Source: Gammaproteobacteria bacterium
GTDB lineage: Bacteria > Pseudomonadota > Gammaproteobacteria > UBA4575
NCBI GenBank assembly: GCA_028281205.1
Contig: JANQKJ010000272.1
Location: 1-33,584 of the forward strand
Direction of reading: 5' to 3'
DNA: 33,584 bases
The position numbers and the translations under genes are program-made. This document shows, in pieces, positions 1 to 10,102 of this stretch. The number at the start of each line of letters is the position of its first letter. Position 1 is the first letter of the stretch. The notes under the pieces were generated by a model. It did not search any database. It had not been told where the DNA came from and was given only the letters and a program-made list of their open reading frames with translations.

Positions 1-2681
1 CAATTTTATATCTGAGTTATTTATATGTGAGTGATAGCCTCGCAGTAATAGATAGCAAAAAACTTGAGTTAACTGGCTTAGACTATCAAGCTAAATTACG
101 TCCTTTATTAAAGAAATTTGCAACACATCGCGGATTAACAGCTTCTTTCCTTAGTGGTGATGAATCCGTTAAAGATAAGAAGTCAACAGCCTCTCAAGAA
201 ATAGATCAAGCCATGCAAGAATTATTTGATTTTCATGGTAATTGGACACACGTTTTTCAAACTGGTGAAACTTTAGATGAAATCAAGCAGGAATGGTCAT
301 CATTAAAAGCTAATAACCTAAATATTAGAAAAAGAGAGAATTTCGATCGTCATTCTGCATTAATAAAAAATGTACAAAAATATCTAAATCAGGTCGCCTA
401 TGAGTCTGGCTTGAAAACAGATGTTAATCCGACAACAACTTATTTAGTTCAATTAACTACAGTGGATCTTCCCAGTGTGTTAGAAGAACTGGGAAAAATT
501 AGAGGTATAGTAAGTTCTATTGCCACGCGTCAATATTTAGAAGATGGTGAAAATTCCACTGTCCTTGCTTACCAGATGGGTGTAACAAGTGCAATTGATT
601 CATTCAATGAAACATTGGAGGCGGTATTTTTAAAAGATGAATCAGTCAAGTCGCTGTTTGAAGAGCGTTTAGAGACATTTGATATTAGCGCAGGAAATTA
701 TCTTAATAAAATTGATACACTCATGAGTGATGTCATGGTGTTAATGAATGCAAATGGTCAGGAGTATTTTGCACAAGGTACAGAGTCTATTGATATTGGC
801 TTTGAGTTTTATGCCGATGCTATAGCAAGGATACGCAGCAATATTGATGATAATATCGCCTCATCCCAAACTGGTTTATATATTGCGTGCGCAATTGCAG
901 CTAGCTTATTTATTATAGCGGTGTTGTTAAGCTATGTTGTAATTAGTGATATTTCGAAGAACTTCAACAAAGTCACAAGTCTATTTAAGAACATTCAAAA
1001 TGGCCAGTACGATAACGAGATTGTTGTGTCTGGTAATACTGAAATCTCTACTATTTTCTCTGGTTTGTCTGCTATGCAATCAGGACTTAAAGAATCCATT
1101 GAAAGAGATCAAAGAGTAGCAAGAGAAAATGGTCGTATTAAGCAGGCGCTTGATCGAGTAACTTCGAGTGTGATGGTTACTAATTCAGAGAATAATATTG
1201 TGTATTTGAATGAAGCAGGTATACAAATGTTCTCTAACGCTGAAGCTAATATCGCACGTGATATAAGTGGGTTTTCTGCAAAATCTATTGTTGGACAATG
1301 TATTTCAGATTTCATGCAATATTCTGGAAGCCAAGGTCCGTTAGTTAAAGATTTTAATTCCATATCAACATCGACTGTAACAGTGGGTGGGCATACATTT
1401 GAAGTTACTTCTGGACCTGTGAAGGATGACAACAATGAACAAATTGGTATGGTTATTGAGTGGAGTGACAGAACACAAGAACTTAAGATTGAGTCAGAAG
1501 TGGAAGAGTTAGTTAATCTGGCGCTTAAAGGTGACTTAACTAATCGTATAGATATGCAGGGCAAGGAAGGATTTTATAAATTCCTAAGTCAAGGTATTAA
1601 TGATTTAGTTGATGTTTCAGAGCGTGTGATTAATGACACAATACGCGTATTAAGTGCATTATCACAAGGCGATTTGACACAAAAAATAGAAGAAGAGTAT
1701 CAGGGTGCATTTGATAAACTGAAGACAGATGCTAATGACACTATTGATAAATTAACCGACATTGTAAGTAAGATCAAAGAATCTAGCGGCTTGGTTAATT
1801 CAGCAGCGAGTGAAATCTCACAAGGCAATTTAAATCTAAGTAGTCGCACAGAGGCGCAAGCAAGCAGCCTAGAAGAGACCTCTGCAAGTATGACTGAAAT
1901 GACAAGCACCGTACAAAATAATGCAGAAAATTCTAAGCAAGCAAAAGTCCTGGCAAATAACTCTCGTCAACAGGCTGAAACAGGTGGTGAAGTTGTTAGT
2001 AAAGCTGTTGCTGCAATGGATAAGATTAATAGTGCCAGTAATAAAATTGCCGACATTATTAGTGTGATTGATGAAATCGCTTTCCAGACTAATCTTTTAG
2101 CGCTAAATGCAGCAGTTGAAGCTGCGCGTGCTGGCGAACAGGGTCGTGGATTCGCTGTGGTAGCAAGCGAAGTACGTAATCTAGCTGGTCGAAGTGCAAC
2201 TGCTGCTAAAGAAATTAAAGACCTGATTGAGGACAGCGTAGTTAAAGTCAAAGAAGGTGCAAAACTGGTCAATCAGTCTGGTGAGACGCTCAATGAGATC
2301 ACCAACAGTATTAAGGAAGTTGACGATATCATCGCAGATATTACAGTGGCCAGCCAAGAGCAATCGCAAGGTATTGAACAAGCTAATCGTGCCATTTTAG
2401 AAATGGATGGTACAACTCAGCAGAATGCGGCCTTAGTAGAAGAAATTTCAGCCTCTGCAGAATCCATGAATGAGCAAAGTAATGAACTGAATCAGTTAGT
2501 CGAATTCTTTGTTGTTTCAGATAGTAATGGGCAATCTGGTGATTCATTCATAGAAAGGCGTTCCGCAGACAGACCATGGTCTGAAAATGATAACCATAGT
2601 TCTGCAGATGATTTTGAGGATTTCCAAATGCCTAAAGCAGTAGGTGATAGTGTAGATGATCAAGATTGGGAACAGTTTTAA
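1..2681 (+). CDS. Methyl-accepting chemotaxis protein, probably 5'-truncated by the window edge. Domain order: NIT-like periplasmic domain, TM, HAMP, PAS, HAMP repeats, MA signalling domain, C-terminal xWxxF pentapeptide.
   Basis: The ORF track starts at GTG 27, but the frame (codons from nt 3) has no stop back to the window edge. Only one TM segment is present ([24 protein letters not shown]), so TM1 is probably off-window. The N-terminal 280 aa carry two helical motifs resembling the NIT signature ([15 protein letters not shown] and [18 protein letters not shown]). The MA domain is classical ([36 protein letters not shown]). The C-terminus is DWEQF, like NWETF. Confidence 0.9.
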   Translation, partial: ILYLSYLYVSDSLAVIDSKKLELTGLDYQAKLRPLLKKFATHRGLTASFLSGDESVKDKKSTASQEIDQAMQELFDFHGNWTHVFQTGETLDEIKQEWSSLKANNLNIRKRENFDRHSALIKNVQKYLNQVAYESGLKTDVNPTTTYLVQLTTVDLPSVLEELGKIRGIVSSIATRQYLEDGENSTVLAYQMGVTSAIDSFNETLEAVFLKDESVKSLFEERLETFDISAGNYLNKIDTLMSDVMVLMNANGQEYFAQGTESIDIGFEFYADAIARIRSNIDDNIASSQTGLYIACAIAASLFIIAVLLSYVVISDISKNFNKVTSLFKNIQNGQYDNEIVVSGNTEISTIFSGLSAMQSGLKESIERDQRVARENGRIKQALDRVTSSVMVTNSENNIVYLNEAGIQMFSNAEANIARDISGFSAKSIVGQCISDFMQYSGSQGPLVKDFNSISTSTVTVGGHTFEVTSGPVKDDNNEQIGMVIEWSDRTQELKIESEVEELVNLALKGDLTNRIDMQGKEGFYKFLSQGINDLVDVSERVINDTIRVLSALSQGDLTQKIEEEYQGAFDKLKTDANDTIDKLTDIVSKIKESSGLVNSAASEISQGNLNLSSRTEAQASSLEETSASMTEMTSTVQNNAENSKQAKVLANNSRQQAETGGEVVSKAVAAMDKINSASNKIADIISVIDEIAFQTNLLALNAAVEAARAGEQGRGFAVVASEVRNLAGRSATAAKEIKDLIEDSVVKVKEGAKLVNQSGETLNEITNSIKEVDDIIADITVASQEQSQGIEQANRAILEMDGTTQQNAALVEEISASAESMNEQSNELNQLVEFFVVSDSNGQSGDSFIERRSADRPWSENDNHSSADDFEDFQMPKAVGDSVDDQDWEQF

Positions 2682-2717
2682 ACAGTCGTATAGCTACAAA
2701 AATATGGAGAATTCTAA

Positions 2718-3080
2718 ATGGCAAGGATAATGGCAGTTGATGACTCACCATCAATGCGCAAGATGGTATCAGTGACATTAATGTCTAAAGGCCATCAAGT
2801 GATTTCCGCTGAAGATGGTGAAGATGCATACCAATTAGCTCAACAGGAAAATAATGTTGATTTAGTTATTACAGACCTATACATGCCAAAGCTTGATGGC
2901 ATAGGGTTAGTTGAAAAACTTCGTGGCTTGGATAGCTATCGTTATTTGCCAATACTTTTTTTAACAACTGAATCAAGCCCAGATATGAAGCAGCGCGGTA
3001 AAAAAGCAGGGGCTACGGGCTGGATAGTTAAGCCGTTTGAACCCAAACAACTGCTAGCGTCTTTAGATAAAGTACTTTAA
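2718..3080 (+). CDS. cheY: CheY-like single-domain response regulator
   Basis: 120-aa REC domain with the motifs AVDDS, ITDLYMP, LTTE and VKPF. A GGAGAA SD lies upstream. It sits directly before cheA. Confidence 0.9.
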   Translation: MARIMAVDDSPSMRKMVSVTLMSKGHQVISAEDGEDAYQLAQQENNVDLVITDLYMPKLDGIGLVEKLRGLDSYRYLPILFLTTESSPDMKQRGKKAGATGWIVKPFEPKQLLASLDKVL

Positions 3081-3100
3081 ATATATTGGAGAGTATTTAA

Positions 3101-5323
3101 GTGTCTGAATTTGAATTAGATGAAATTACAGAAATCTTCCTGGAAGAAAGCCTGGAAGGTCTAGATACCATGGAAACTGGTTTACTTGGGCTTGAGGCTG
3201 GTGAAGCAGATCCTGAAATCATGAATGATATTTTCCGTGCTGCCCATTCGATTAAAGGTGGTGCAGGAACATTTGGATTTATGGATGTATCTGAATTTAC
3301 CCATGGTGTTGAAACATTATTAGATGAAATGCGTTCTGGCGATCGCGATGTAACTCCGGATGCAGTGCAGCTATTGTTGCGTACTGTTGATCGTTTGCGT
3401 GCCATGATGGATGAAATTCAATCGACTGGACAAGTAGATGCATCACAGAATGAAGAACTAGAAAAAGAAATTACCACTATGCTTGAGTCTGATTCGGTTG
3501 CAGTAACCACACCTGCACCGGAGCCAAAGCAAGTAAGTGAGAATGTTGCCACTGAAGACGAAGCCTCAAATGGCATTGAATTACTTGAAGTTAATAATGT
3601 TGAGGGTGCAGAAAAGCTGCAACAGGGTGACACACGCTGGGTAATAGAATTTGTACCACATATGGATATGTTGCAAAAAGGTAACGACCCTCTACGAATT
3701 TTTAAAGAGTTAAGAAAATTAGGTGAATTAGCAGTTACTGCTGATTCTAGTGAAATTCCTCAACTCGATGCCTTGGTTCCTGAAAAGTGCTACATCAATT
3801 GGAAGTTGACATTAGTTGGTGATGTTTCTGAAGAGCAAATATATGATGTATTTGATTGGGTGCTGGAAGATTGCGACCTATCTGTGGAAGAAGAATTAGA
3901 ATGGGTGTCAGCGGAAGATATTAAGGCTATTAAAGATGATTCATCAGCCCAGGATGAAGTAAAAGTTAAAGAGCCATCAGAGATTGCACAAAATGCAACT
4001 CCAGTTGCAGAAAAAGAAGCGGCATCTAAAGCAACTGTAAAAAATGAAAAAAGCTCATCTAAAACTGTAAAAGATGAAAAAGTACAACCAGCTAAAGCAG
4101 TTAAGGCAGCTCCTAAAGAATCTACTTCAATCCGAGTAAGCATTGAAAAAGTCGATTCATTATTAAACTTAGTTGGCGAGCTGGTCATTACTCAGTCAAT
4201 GCTTAAACGCTTTGGTACCGAAATTAAAAGTGAGGACTTAAAAGATCTAGGTGATGGTTTAACTCAATTAGAACGTTATACCCGTGAGTTGCAAGAAAGT
4301 GTTATGGATATACGTATGTTACCTATTAGTTTTGCATTTAATCGTTTCCCGCGTTTGGTGCATGATATTTGTGGCAAATTAGGTAAGAAAGTTGATTTGG
4401 AAGTGGTAGGTGAACAGACTGAGGTGGATAAAACTGTTCTTGAAAAAATTGGTGATCCACTAGTGCATTTGGTTAGAAATTCTCTTGATCATGGAATTGA
4501 AGAAGCAGGCATGCGCATCGAGAATGGCAAACCGGAAGTAGGTAAATTGACACTTAGTGCAACTCAAGAGGGCGGTAATATTGTCATTCGTGTTATTGAC
4601 GATGGGGCCGGTATTAATAAAGAAAAGCTTGTTCAAAAAGCTATTGAAAAAGGAATTATCAGTGCAGATGATCAATTATCTGATGACCGCATCCATAATT
4701 TAATTTTCCACCCTGGATTCTCGACTGTCGACCAAGTCAGTGACTTGTCCGGGCGAGGTGTTGGGATGGATGTTGTAAGAAGGAATATTAAGGACTTGGG
4801 TGGCCGTGTTGAAGTGCATTCAGAGATTGGTGTAGGCACTTCATTTACTATTCGCTTGCCATTAACGCTAGCTATTCTGGATGGTCAGCTAGTGAGGGTA
4901 GGTGATGAGACATACATAATGTCATTGCTTTCTATTGTTGAAACTGTGTTGCTCAAAGAAAATGATATTAATGACATTGCAGGACGTGCAGACGTTTATC
5001 AAATGCGCGGTGAATATATCCATATCATTTGGCTGAAAGAAATTCTTCAAGGTACTCACGATCGCTCGACAAATCGTGAGGGGCTATTAGTGGTGGTGGA
5101 AGCAGATGGTCGACGCGTTGGCTTATTTGTTGATGAACTACTGGATCAACAGCAGGTGGTGATTAAAAACTTGGAAGATAATTTCAAGCAAATTGATGGA
5201 GTGTCTGGCGCAACAATCCTAGGAGATGGAACGGTTGCATTGATATTAGATATCCCAGGCTTGCTCCACGGTTGCTTATCGGATGAGGCATCGGTTTCTG
5301 GCAATGAGAAACATGCCGCTTAA
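3101..5323 (+). CDS. cheA: Chemotaxis histidine kinase CheA
   Basis: GTG start with a TGGAGAG SD 7 nt upstream. The Hpt motif AAHSIKGGAGTFG is present. A Lys/Glu/Ala-rich linker follows, then the dimerisation region, HATPase boxes (HLVRNSLDHGIE, DDGAGI, GRGVGMD) and a C-terminal CheW-like domain. Confidence 0.95.
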   Translation: MSEFELDEITEIFLEESLEGLDTMETGLLGLEAGEADPEIMNDIFRAAHSIKGGAGTFGFMDVSEFTHGVETLLDEMRSGDRDVTPDAVQLLLRTVDRLRAMMDEIQSTGQVDASQNEELEKEITTMLESDSVAVTTPAPEPKQVSENVATEDEASNGIELLEVNNVEGAEKLQQGDTRWVIEFVPHMDMLQKGNDPLRIFKELRKLGELAVTADSSEIPQLDALVPEKCYINWKLTLVGDVSEEQIYDVFDWVLEDCDLSVEEELEWVSAEDIKAIKDDSSAQDEVKVKEPSEIAQNATPVAEKEAASKATVKNEKSSSKTVKDEKVQPAKAVKAAPKESTSIRVSIEKVDSLLNLVGELVITQSMLKRFGTEIKSEDLKDLGDGLTQLERYTRELQESVMDIRMLPISFAFNRFPRLVHDICGKLGKKVDLEVVGEQTEVDKTVLEKIGDPLVHLVRNSLDHGIEEAGMRIENGKPEVGKLTLSATQEGGNIVIRVIDDGAGINKEKLVQKAIEKGIISADDQLSDDRIHNLIFHPGFSTVDQVSDLSGRGVGMDVVRRNIKDLGGRVEVHSEIGVGTSFTIRLPLTLAILDGQLVRVGDETYIMSLLSIVETVLLKENDINDIAGRADVYQMRGEYIHIIWLKEILQGTHDRSTNREGLLVVVEADGRRVGLFVDELLDQQQVVIKNLEDNFKQIDGVSGATILGDGTVALILDIPGLLHGCLSDEASVSGNEKHAA

Positions 5324-5359
5324 TATATGAGATTAAAGTAATTTTAAGGAGTAAATAAC

Positions 5360-5881
5360 ATGCAATCAGCGGCTGAAGTTAACCCAACCGACGAACAATA
5401 CTCTGAGGATGATTCTGATCAGTATCTTACATTTAAGCTAGCTGGCGAAGAGTATGGTGTTGAAATTTTACGTGTCCAGGGAATTCAAGGTTTACAGAAA
5501 GTTACTACGATTCCTAACACTCCAGAATACATTCTTGGTGTTATAAATTTACGCGGTGAAATTGTACCGGTTATTGATTTACGTAAGAGATTCTCGCTAG
5601 AAAGCGTTGAATTTAATTCTACAACAGTGGTTATTGTTGTAAGAATGGTTAATGAAGGTAAAGAAAGAACTATTGGTATCGTTGTTGATGGTGTTTCTGA
5701 AGTTTACCGATTTGAACATAAAAATGTACAAGAGCCACCAGAGTTTGGCGCCAAAGTTAGTACTGAATTTTTAAAAGGACTTGCGTCAGTTGATGAGAAA
5801 ATGGTGATTTTATTAGAGATTGATCATCTTGTTGATTTTAATGAAATAACATCAGCAGTAGATGGTAGTCCTAGCGAATAA
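5360..5881 (+). CDS. cheW: Chemotaxis coupling protein CheW
   Basis: 173 aa with typical CheW motifs (YLTFKLAGEEYGVEILRVQ, VINLRGEIVPVIDLRKRF). AAGGAG SD. Confidence 0.9.
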   Translation: MQSAAEVNPTDEQYSEDDSDQYLTFKLAGEEYGVEILRVQGIQGLQKVTTIPNTPEYILGVINLRGEIVPVIDLRKRFSLESVEFNSTTVVIVVRMVNEGKERTIGIVVDGVSEVYRFEHKNVQEPPEFGAKVSTEFLKGLASVDEKMVILLEIDHLVDFNEITSAVDGSPSE

Positions 5882-5931
5882 AATATTAATAATTAGAAAA
5901 TGGTAGCGCAACTAAATGGCTGGGAGTAAAA

Positions 5932-6177
5932 ATGTACGAATTTAAATTACCACAATCAGTAACCATATCAAGTTGTGATGAGTTGCTAAGCAAAGCGATT
6001 CAAGCCAAAGCAAATGATATGAAAATAGAATTGGATTCTAGTGAAGTTAATATTATAGATACTGCCGGCATTCAATTTATTTGTTCATTTTGTGCAGATG
6101 TTAACCAAGTAACTCACGTTAATATGTCTGAAGTCGTAAAAGATGCAATGAGTCAGCTTGGGTTATCTGCAACATGA
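5932..6177 (+). CDS. Small STAS-domain protein resembling an anti-sigma-factor antagonist
   Basis: 81 aa. GGGAG SD. The core pattern LDSSEVNIIDTAGIQFICSF resembles the STAS/SpoIIAA fold. It is embedded in the che operon, and its stop overlaps the next start (ATGA). Confidence 0.55.
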   Translation: MYEFKLPQSVTISSCDELLSKAIQAKANDMKIELDSSEVNIIDTAGIQFICSFCADVNQVTHVNMSEVVKDAMSQLGLSAT

Positions 6178-6644
6178 CTGAGTCATCAAATTTATCGCAT
6201 ACAAGAAATTACATTCGTCTATTTCAAATGCAATTACATGGTGTGCTAGAGGATATGGCAACACCAGCTGAAGTGTTGTCTAGTCAATTCTCAGAGTCAT
6301 TATTAAAGCTATATGACATACGTGAACATGTCGCAGATGATAATCAAATCAATCGTCAAGAGCTTTTAGATAAAGTACAAACACTTATTAGTGAAATGTT
6401 TGAGTGTGTCTCAAGTATGCAGTTTGTAGATGCTAAAAGACAAAGAATAGAACATGTAGCTGATGGTTTAAGTTATTTGATTGAAACAGATGATGCCAAT
6501 AATACTATGAAATATAGTTGGGATCAGATAAATACTATGATAGTAGAGCAGTTTAAAATGGATAAAGAACGTAATATTTATCAAAAATATCTGCAAGAAT
6601 ATAGTTCTTCCGACTCTGCTAATTACCAAAGTGAGGCAAATTAA
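6174..6644 (+). CDS. Hypothetical helical protein, possibly a short CheZ-like CheY-P phosphatase
   Basis: 156 aa, translationally coupled to the STAS gene. Contains MQFVDAKRQRIEHV with D86-x3-Q90 (nt 6429-6443), which resembles the CheZ active-site D-x3-Q motif (QDFQDLTGQ in E. coli CheZ). No other family was recognised. Confidence 0.4.
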   Translation: MTESSNLSHTRNYIRLFQMQLHGVLEDMATPAEVLSSQFSESLLKLYDIREHVADDNQINRQELLDKVQTLISEMFECVSSMQFVDAKRQRIEHVADGLSYLIETDDANNTMKYSWDQINTMIVEQFKMDKERNIYQKYLQEYSSSDSANYQSEAN

Positions 6645-6646
6645 TT

Positions 6647-7273
6647 ATGAGTCTCACTGCTGCTCAGTCACAAACAGCAATCCGTGGCTTTGAGCATTAT
6701 AAAAAATTCTTTGATAACTCTCTTAAGGCTAATGTTGTAAAGATATCGCCTGGAGATTATTACATCACAGATCAACAAGAAATAATTACCACTGTTTTGG
6801 GTTCGTGTATTTCTGCTTGTGTCAGAGATAAGCGTATGAAGATCGGTGGTATGAATCATTTTATGATTCCGGTTAAGTGTCCACATACTTCACATCCAGA
6901 GCAAGATATGGATACCCGTTATGGAACATATGCTATGGAACACTTAATTAATGATATCTATAAACATGGGGGTAGTCGTAGAAATCTTGAAATTAAACTA
7001 TTCGGTGCAGGTAATGTATTAGTTGGCAGCGGTGATGTAGGAGTAAAAAATATTAAATTTATTTATGACTTTATGCGTGTAGAAGGCTACAAGATTACCT
7101 CGGAGGACTTGGGTGGGGACTTCCCAAGAAAAATTAATTATTGTCCTATGACGGGTAAGGTCATGATGAAAAGATTAGTATCTGCCAATATTGCTGATAT
7201 CCAATTGCAAGAACGCAAATTGCAAAATCAAGTTGAGTCAACACCTGTGGCAGGTGAAATTGATCTATTTTAA
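6647..7273 (+). CDS. cheD: Chemoreceptor glutamine deamidase CheD
   Basis: 208 aa. Contains the CheD catalytic-Cys context TTVLGSCISACV and MNHFMIP. Lies between the che genes. Confidence 0.85.
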   Translation: MSLTAAQSQTAIRGFEHYKKFFDNSLKANVVKISPGDYYITDQQEIITTVLGSCISACVRDKRMKIGGMNHFMIPVKCPHTSHPEQDMDTRYGTYAMEHLINDIYKHGGSRRNLEIKLFGAGNVLVGSGDVGVKNIKFIYDFMRVEGYKITSEDLGGDFPRKINYCPMTGKVMMKRLVSANIADIQLQERKLQNQVESTPVAGEIDLF

Positions 7274-7294
7274 CTTATATTAAGAAGAATAAAA

Positions 7295-8413
7295 ATGGAT
7301 AAAATTAAAGTACTGGTTGTTGATGATTCAGCATTAATAAGGTGTCTGTTATCAGATATGCTTAATGCAGATCCGCATATTGAAGTTATAGATACTGCAA
7401 ATGATCCTATTGAAGCGCGTAGTAAAATAAAGTTACATAATCCTGATGTAATTACTTTAGATATTGAAATGCCAAAAATGGATGGCATTACATTTCTTGA
7501 TAAATTAATGCGTTTGCATCCAATGCCTGTAGTGATGATTTCTTCGCATACACAAAAAGGTGCGGAATGTGTAATGCGCTGTTTACAAATAGGTGCAGTA
7601 GACTTTATGCCTAAGCCTGTAAGTAATCATGATGATTCGCTAAGTATTTATGCCTCAAACCTTATTAATAAAGTCAAGGCTGCAAGTCATGCAGATGTTA
7701 CAAAGCATTTACAAATAAGTGATAAAAATTCTCACCAAGTAATGGCTGATGGCATGCCGGCTTGTGAAATTAAAGCACCAGAGCTGTTAAATGCAAATAC
7801 TAATATTCGCTTAGTTGCAATTGGCTCGTCAACAGGAGGTACTGAAGCGCTTGCCCAGCTAATACAACATATACCTGTTGATTTTCCGCCTATTGTTATT
7901 ACTCAGCATATCCCTTCAAAATTTAGTAAAGCTTTTGCGGAAAGGCTAGATCGTCATTGCGCGGTAAGCGTTATTGAGGCTCAGGATGGAGATGAGATAA
8001 AAGCAGGACATGTTTATATTGCGCCAGGTGGAAAGCAAATGGAAGTGGTTAAATATAAATATAATCTAATGTGTAAAGTTTTTGAGGGTGAGAAAGTCAA
8101 CAGACACCGCCCTTCCGTGGAAGTGTTGTTTAAGTCAGTTGCCAAAGTTGTTGGTAAGAAAGTGATTAGCGTTATGCTCACTGGTATGGGCGATGACGGT
8201 TCCGCATCAATGAAGACTATAAAAGATATGGGCGGTATTACCATCGCTCAAGATGAGCAATCTAGTGTGGTGTGGGGGATGCCAGGTGCTGCTGTTAAGT
8301 TAGGATGTATAGATAAAGTTGTTTCTTTGGATAAGATTCCTGAACTACTCGTTAAGTTATGTCGTGAAAATTCAACTAATTCACTTTCAAATTTACGTTC
8401 AGCATCACAATAA
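7295..8413 (+). CDS. cheB: Chemotaxis response regulator / protein-glutamate methylesterase CheB
   Basis: N-terminal REC domain (VLVVDDSALIR, TLDIEMPKMDG). C-terminal esterase domain (VAIGSSTGGTEAL, MLTGMGDDG, WGMPGAA). Confidence 0.95.
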   Translation: MDKIKVLVVDDSALIRCLLSDMLNADPHIEVIDTANDPIEARSKIKLHNPDVITLDIEMPKMDGITFLDKLMRLHPMPVVMISSHTQKGAECVMRCLQIGAVDFMPKPVSNHDDSLSIYASNLINKVKAASHADVTKHLQISDKNSHQVMADGMPACEIKAPELLNANTNIRLVAIGSSTGGTEALAQLIQHIPVDFPPIVITQHIPSKFSKAFAERLDRHCAVSVIEAQDGDEIKAGHVYIAPGGKQMEVVKYKYNLMCKVFEGEKVNRHRPSVEVLFKSVAKVVGKKVISVMLTGMGDDGSASMKTIKDMGGITIAQDEQSSVVWGMPGAAVKLGCIDKVVSLDKIPELLVKLCRENSTNSLSNLRSASQ

Positions 8414-8425
8414 AACTTTACTGCT

Positions 8426-9259
8426 ATGAGAAAAAATTACGTGCTGACAGATTCAGAATATAAAGATATATGCTCGTTAGTATATCAAAACACTGGTATC
8501 ATTCTTAATGAGGAAAAGCGTAAGCTTGCTTATTCGCGATTTTCAAGACGACTAAAAGCATTAAAATTAAACAGTTTTGGTGAATATTGCGATATTGTGC
8601 GTGCTGGCGATAAAAATGAAATGACTCATTTTGCAAATGCCATCACCACTAATCTAACTTCATTTTTTAGAGAGTCGCATCACTTTGATCGCTTGGTCGA
8701 TGATGTTATGCCAGCGTTACTAAAAAAGCCTTCACGTAAAATTCGTATTTGGTCTGCTGGGTGTTCCACAGGTGAAGAGCCTTATTCCATTGCCATTGCA
8801 ATATTGAAAAAATTTCCCAATATTGCTGCTGGATGGGATTGCAAGATTTTAGCGACAGATCTTGACTCTAAAGTACTTGAGACTGCATCACAAGGTTTAT
8901 ATAAGGCGCAAGGATTAGATACTCTGGATGATCCAGAGATCAGTATAAACTGGTTTAAGAAAGGTATTATTGATGGCGTTGAATATGCACAAGTCTTGCC
9001 GCAAGTAAGAGAGTTAATTAAATTCAAGCAACTCAACTTGATGAATTATCCCTGGCCTATGCAAGGGACTTTTGATGTTATCTTCTGTAGGAATGTAGTC
9101 ATCTATTTTGATCAGGTAACACAAAAAAAATTATTTTCACATTTCTCCAAAGTGCAAAACATTGGTGGTTATCTCTTCATTGGACACTCAGAAACACTTA
9201 AGGGTTTTGATACTGACTATAAAAATACTGGGCGTACTGTCTATATAAAAGAACGCTGA
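8426..9259 (+). CDS. cheR: Chemotaxis protein methyltransferase CheR
   Basis: 277 aa. Motifs TNLTSFFRE, IWSAGCSTGEEPYSIA, FDVIFCRNVVIYFD and LFIGHSE. Confidence 0.95.
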   Translation: MRKNYVLTDSEYKDICSLVYQNTGIILNEEKRKLAYSRFSRRLKALKLNSFGEYCDIVRAGDKNEMTHFANAITTNLTSFFRESHHFDRLVDDVMPALLKKPSRKIRIWSAGCSTGEEPYSIAIAILKKFPNIAAGWDCKILATDLDSKVLETASQGLYKAQGLDTLDDPEISINWFKKGIIDGVEYAQVLPQVRELIKFKQLNLMNYPWPMQGTFDVIFCRNVVIYFDQVTQKKLFSHFSKVQNIGGYLFIGHSETLKGFDTDYKNTGRTVYIKER

Positions 9260-9356
9260 GTAGTTAAGATATTGTTTGCTAGACAAATTAGAATAAGTGA
9301 GTAATCATGGTGCAGCTATATACATTATTTACTTACTTTAAATATGGTTTGTCATT

Positions 9357-10061
9357 ATGCTTAGAATACTTACCGCAGCAGTAGTAATATTTTTCTCAAG
9401 TGCTGCAATTGCCTCTAACCTTGCAGAGGACTTGGATAGATTCGTCAAAGAATACATTAATACAGCACCACAAGATGTACAAACAGACTTTAATCGAGGT
9501 ATCGAAGAAGTCAGCCTGTCAGGAATTCTGGATAAAGCCATTAATGTTGGCGACTATGCACCCGAGTTTAAATTGATTAACGCGGTAGGGAAAGAAGTCT
9601 CTTTATATGATGAGTTAGAAAAAGGGCCAGTGGTACTGGTCTGGTATCGTGGTGGTTGGTGCCCATATTGCAACTTACAGTTGCAACATATCCAACGTAA
9701 ACTTGCAGAAATTGCTGAAGCGGGAGGGCAAGTTATTGCAATCTCGCCTGAATTGCCGGATAAAACAATGACTACTAAAGAGCGTCATATGCTGCAGTTT
9801 CAGGTATTGAGTGATGTTAATAATCATGTTGCAGATAGATATAGATTAGCTTATACCGTACCTGATTATGTTGTTGATCATTATGACTTATCTTCTAAGC
9901 TAAATGCTCATAATGGAGATGATGAAAATAGGCTGCCTCTAGCAGTCACTTATGTCGTCGGTAAAAATGGTGTTGTTGAATATGCATTTTTGGATGCAGA
10001 TTATAAAAATAGAGCTACTCCGGAAGAGATAATTTCTGTATTGCGATATATAAATAAGTAA
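9357..10061 (+). CDS. Exported AhpC/TSA (peroxiredoxin-like) thioredoxin-fold protein
   Basis: Sec-type signal peptide (MLRILTAAVVIFFSSAAIASN). Thioredoxin-fold motif WYRGGWCPYCNLQL. Confidence 0.8.
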   Translation: MLRILTAAVVIFFSSAAIASNLAEDLDRFVKEYINTAPQDVQTDFNRGIEEVSLSGILDKAINVGDYAPEFKLINAVGKEVSLYDELEKGPVVLVWYRGGWCPYCNLQLQHIQRKLAEIAEAGGQVIAISPELPDKTMTTKERHMLQFQVLSDVNNHVADRYRLAYTVPDYVVDHYDLSSKLNAHNGDDENRLPLAVTYVVGKNGVVEYAFLDADYKNRATPEEIISVLRYINK

Positions 10062-10102
10062 TTATCTCTTCTTGTAAATGAGGTGCTTTAGATAACAATT
10101 AC

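Noticed and set aside
27-29. GTG at 27 as the true start of the MCP gene
   Set aside because: The reading frame is open all the way to the window edge. The product would also lack the first transmembrane helix expected upstream of a periplasmic ligand domain. I therefore treat the gene as 5'-partial, although GTG 27 cannot be excluded.
1109-2381. Minus-strand ORFs inside the MCP gene (1109-1564, 1700-1909, 1967-2272, 2181-2381)
   Set aside because: These are antisense shadow ORFs within a strongly supported MCP coding region. Their composition is Ser/Leu/Thr-rich and low-complexity, and they have no SD or recognisable family.
3097-4675. Minus-strand ORFs inside cheA (3097-3405, 3418-3633, 3790-4188, 4460-4675)
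   Set aside because: They are antisense to a well-supported cheA gene and show the compositional bias typical of shadow frames.
10062-10102. Possible bidirectional terminator (TTATCT...AGATAA) between the convergent peroxiredoxin-like and globin genes
   Set aside because: The stem is only 6 bp and entirely A/T-rich, the loop is 22 nt, and there is no flanking T or A tract.
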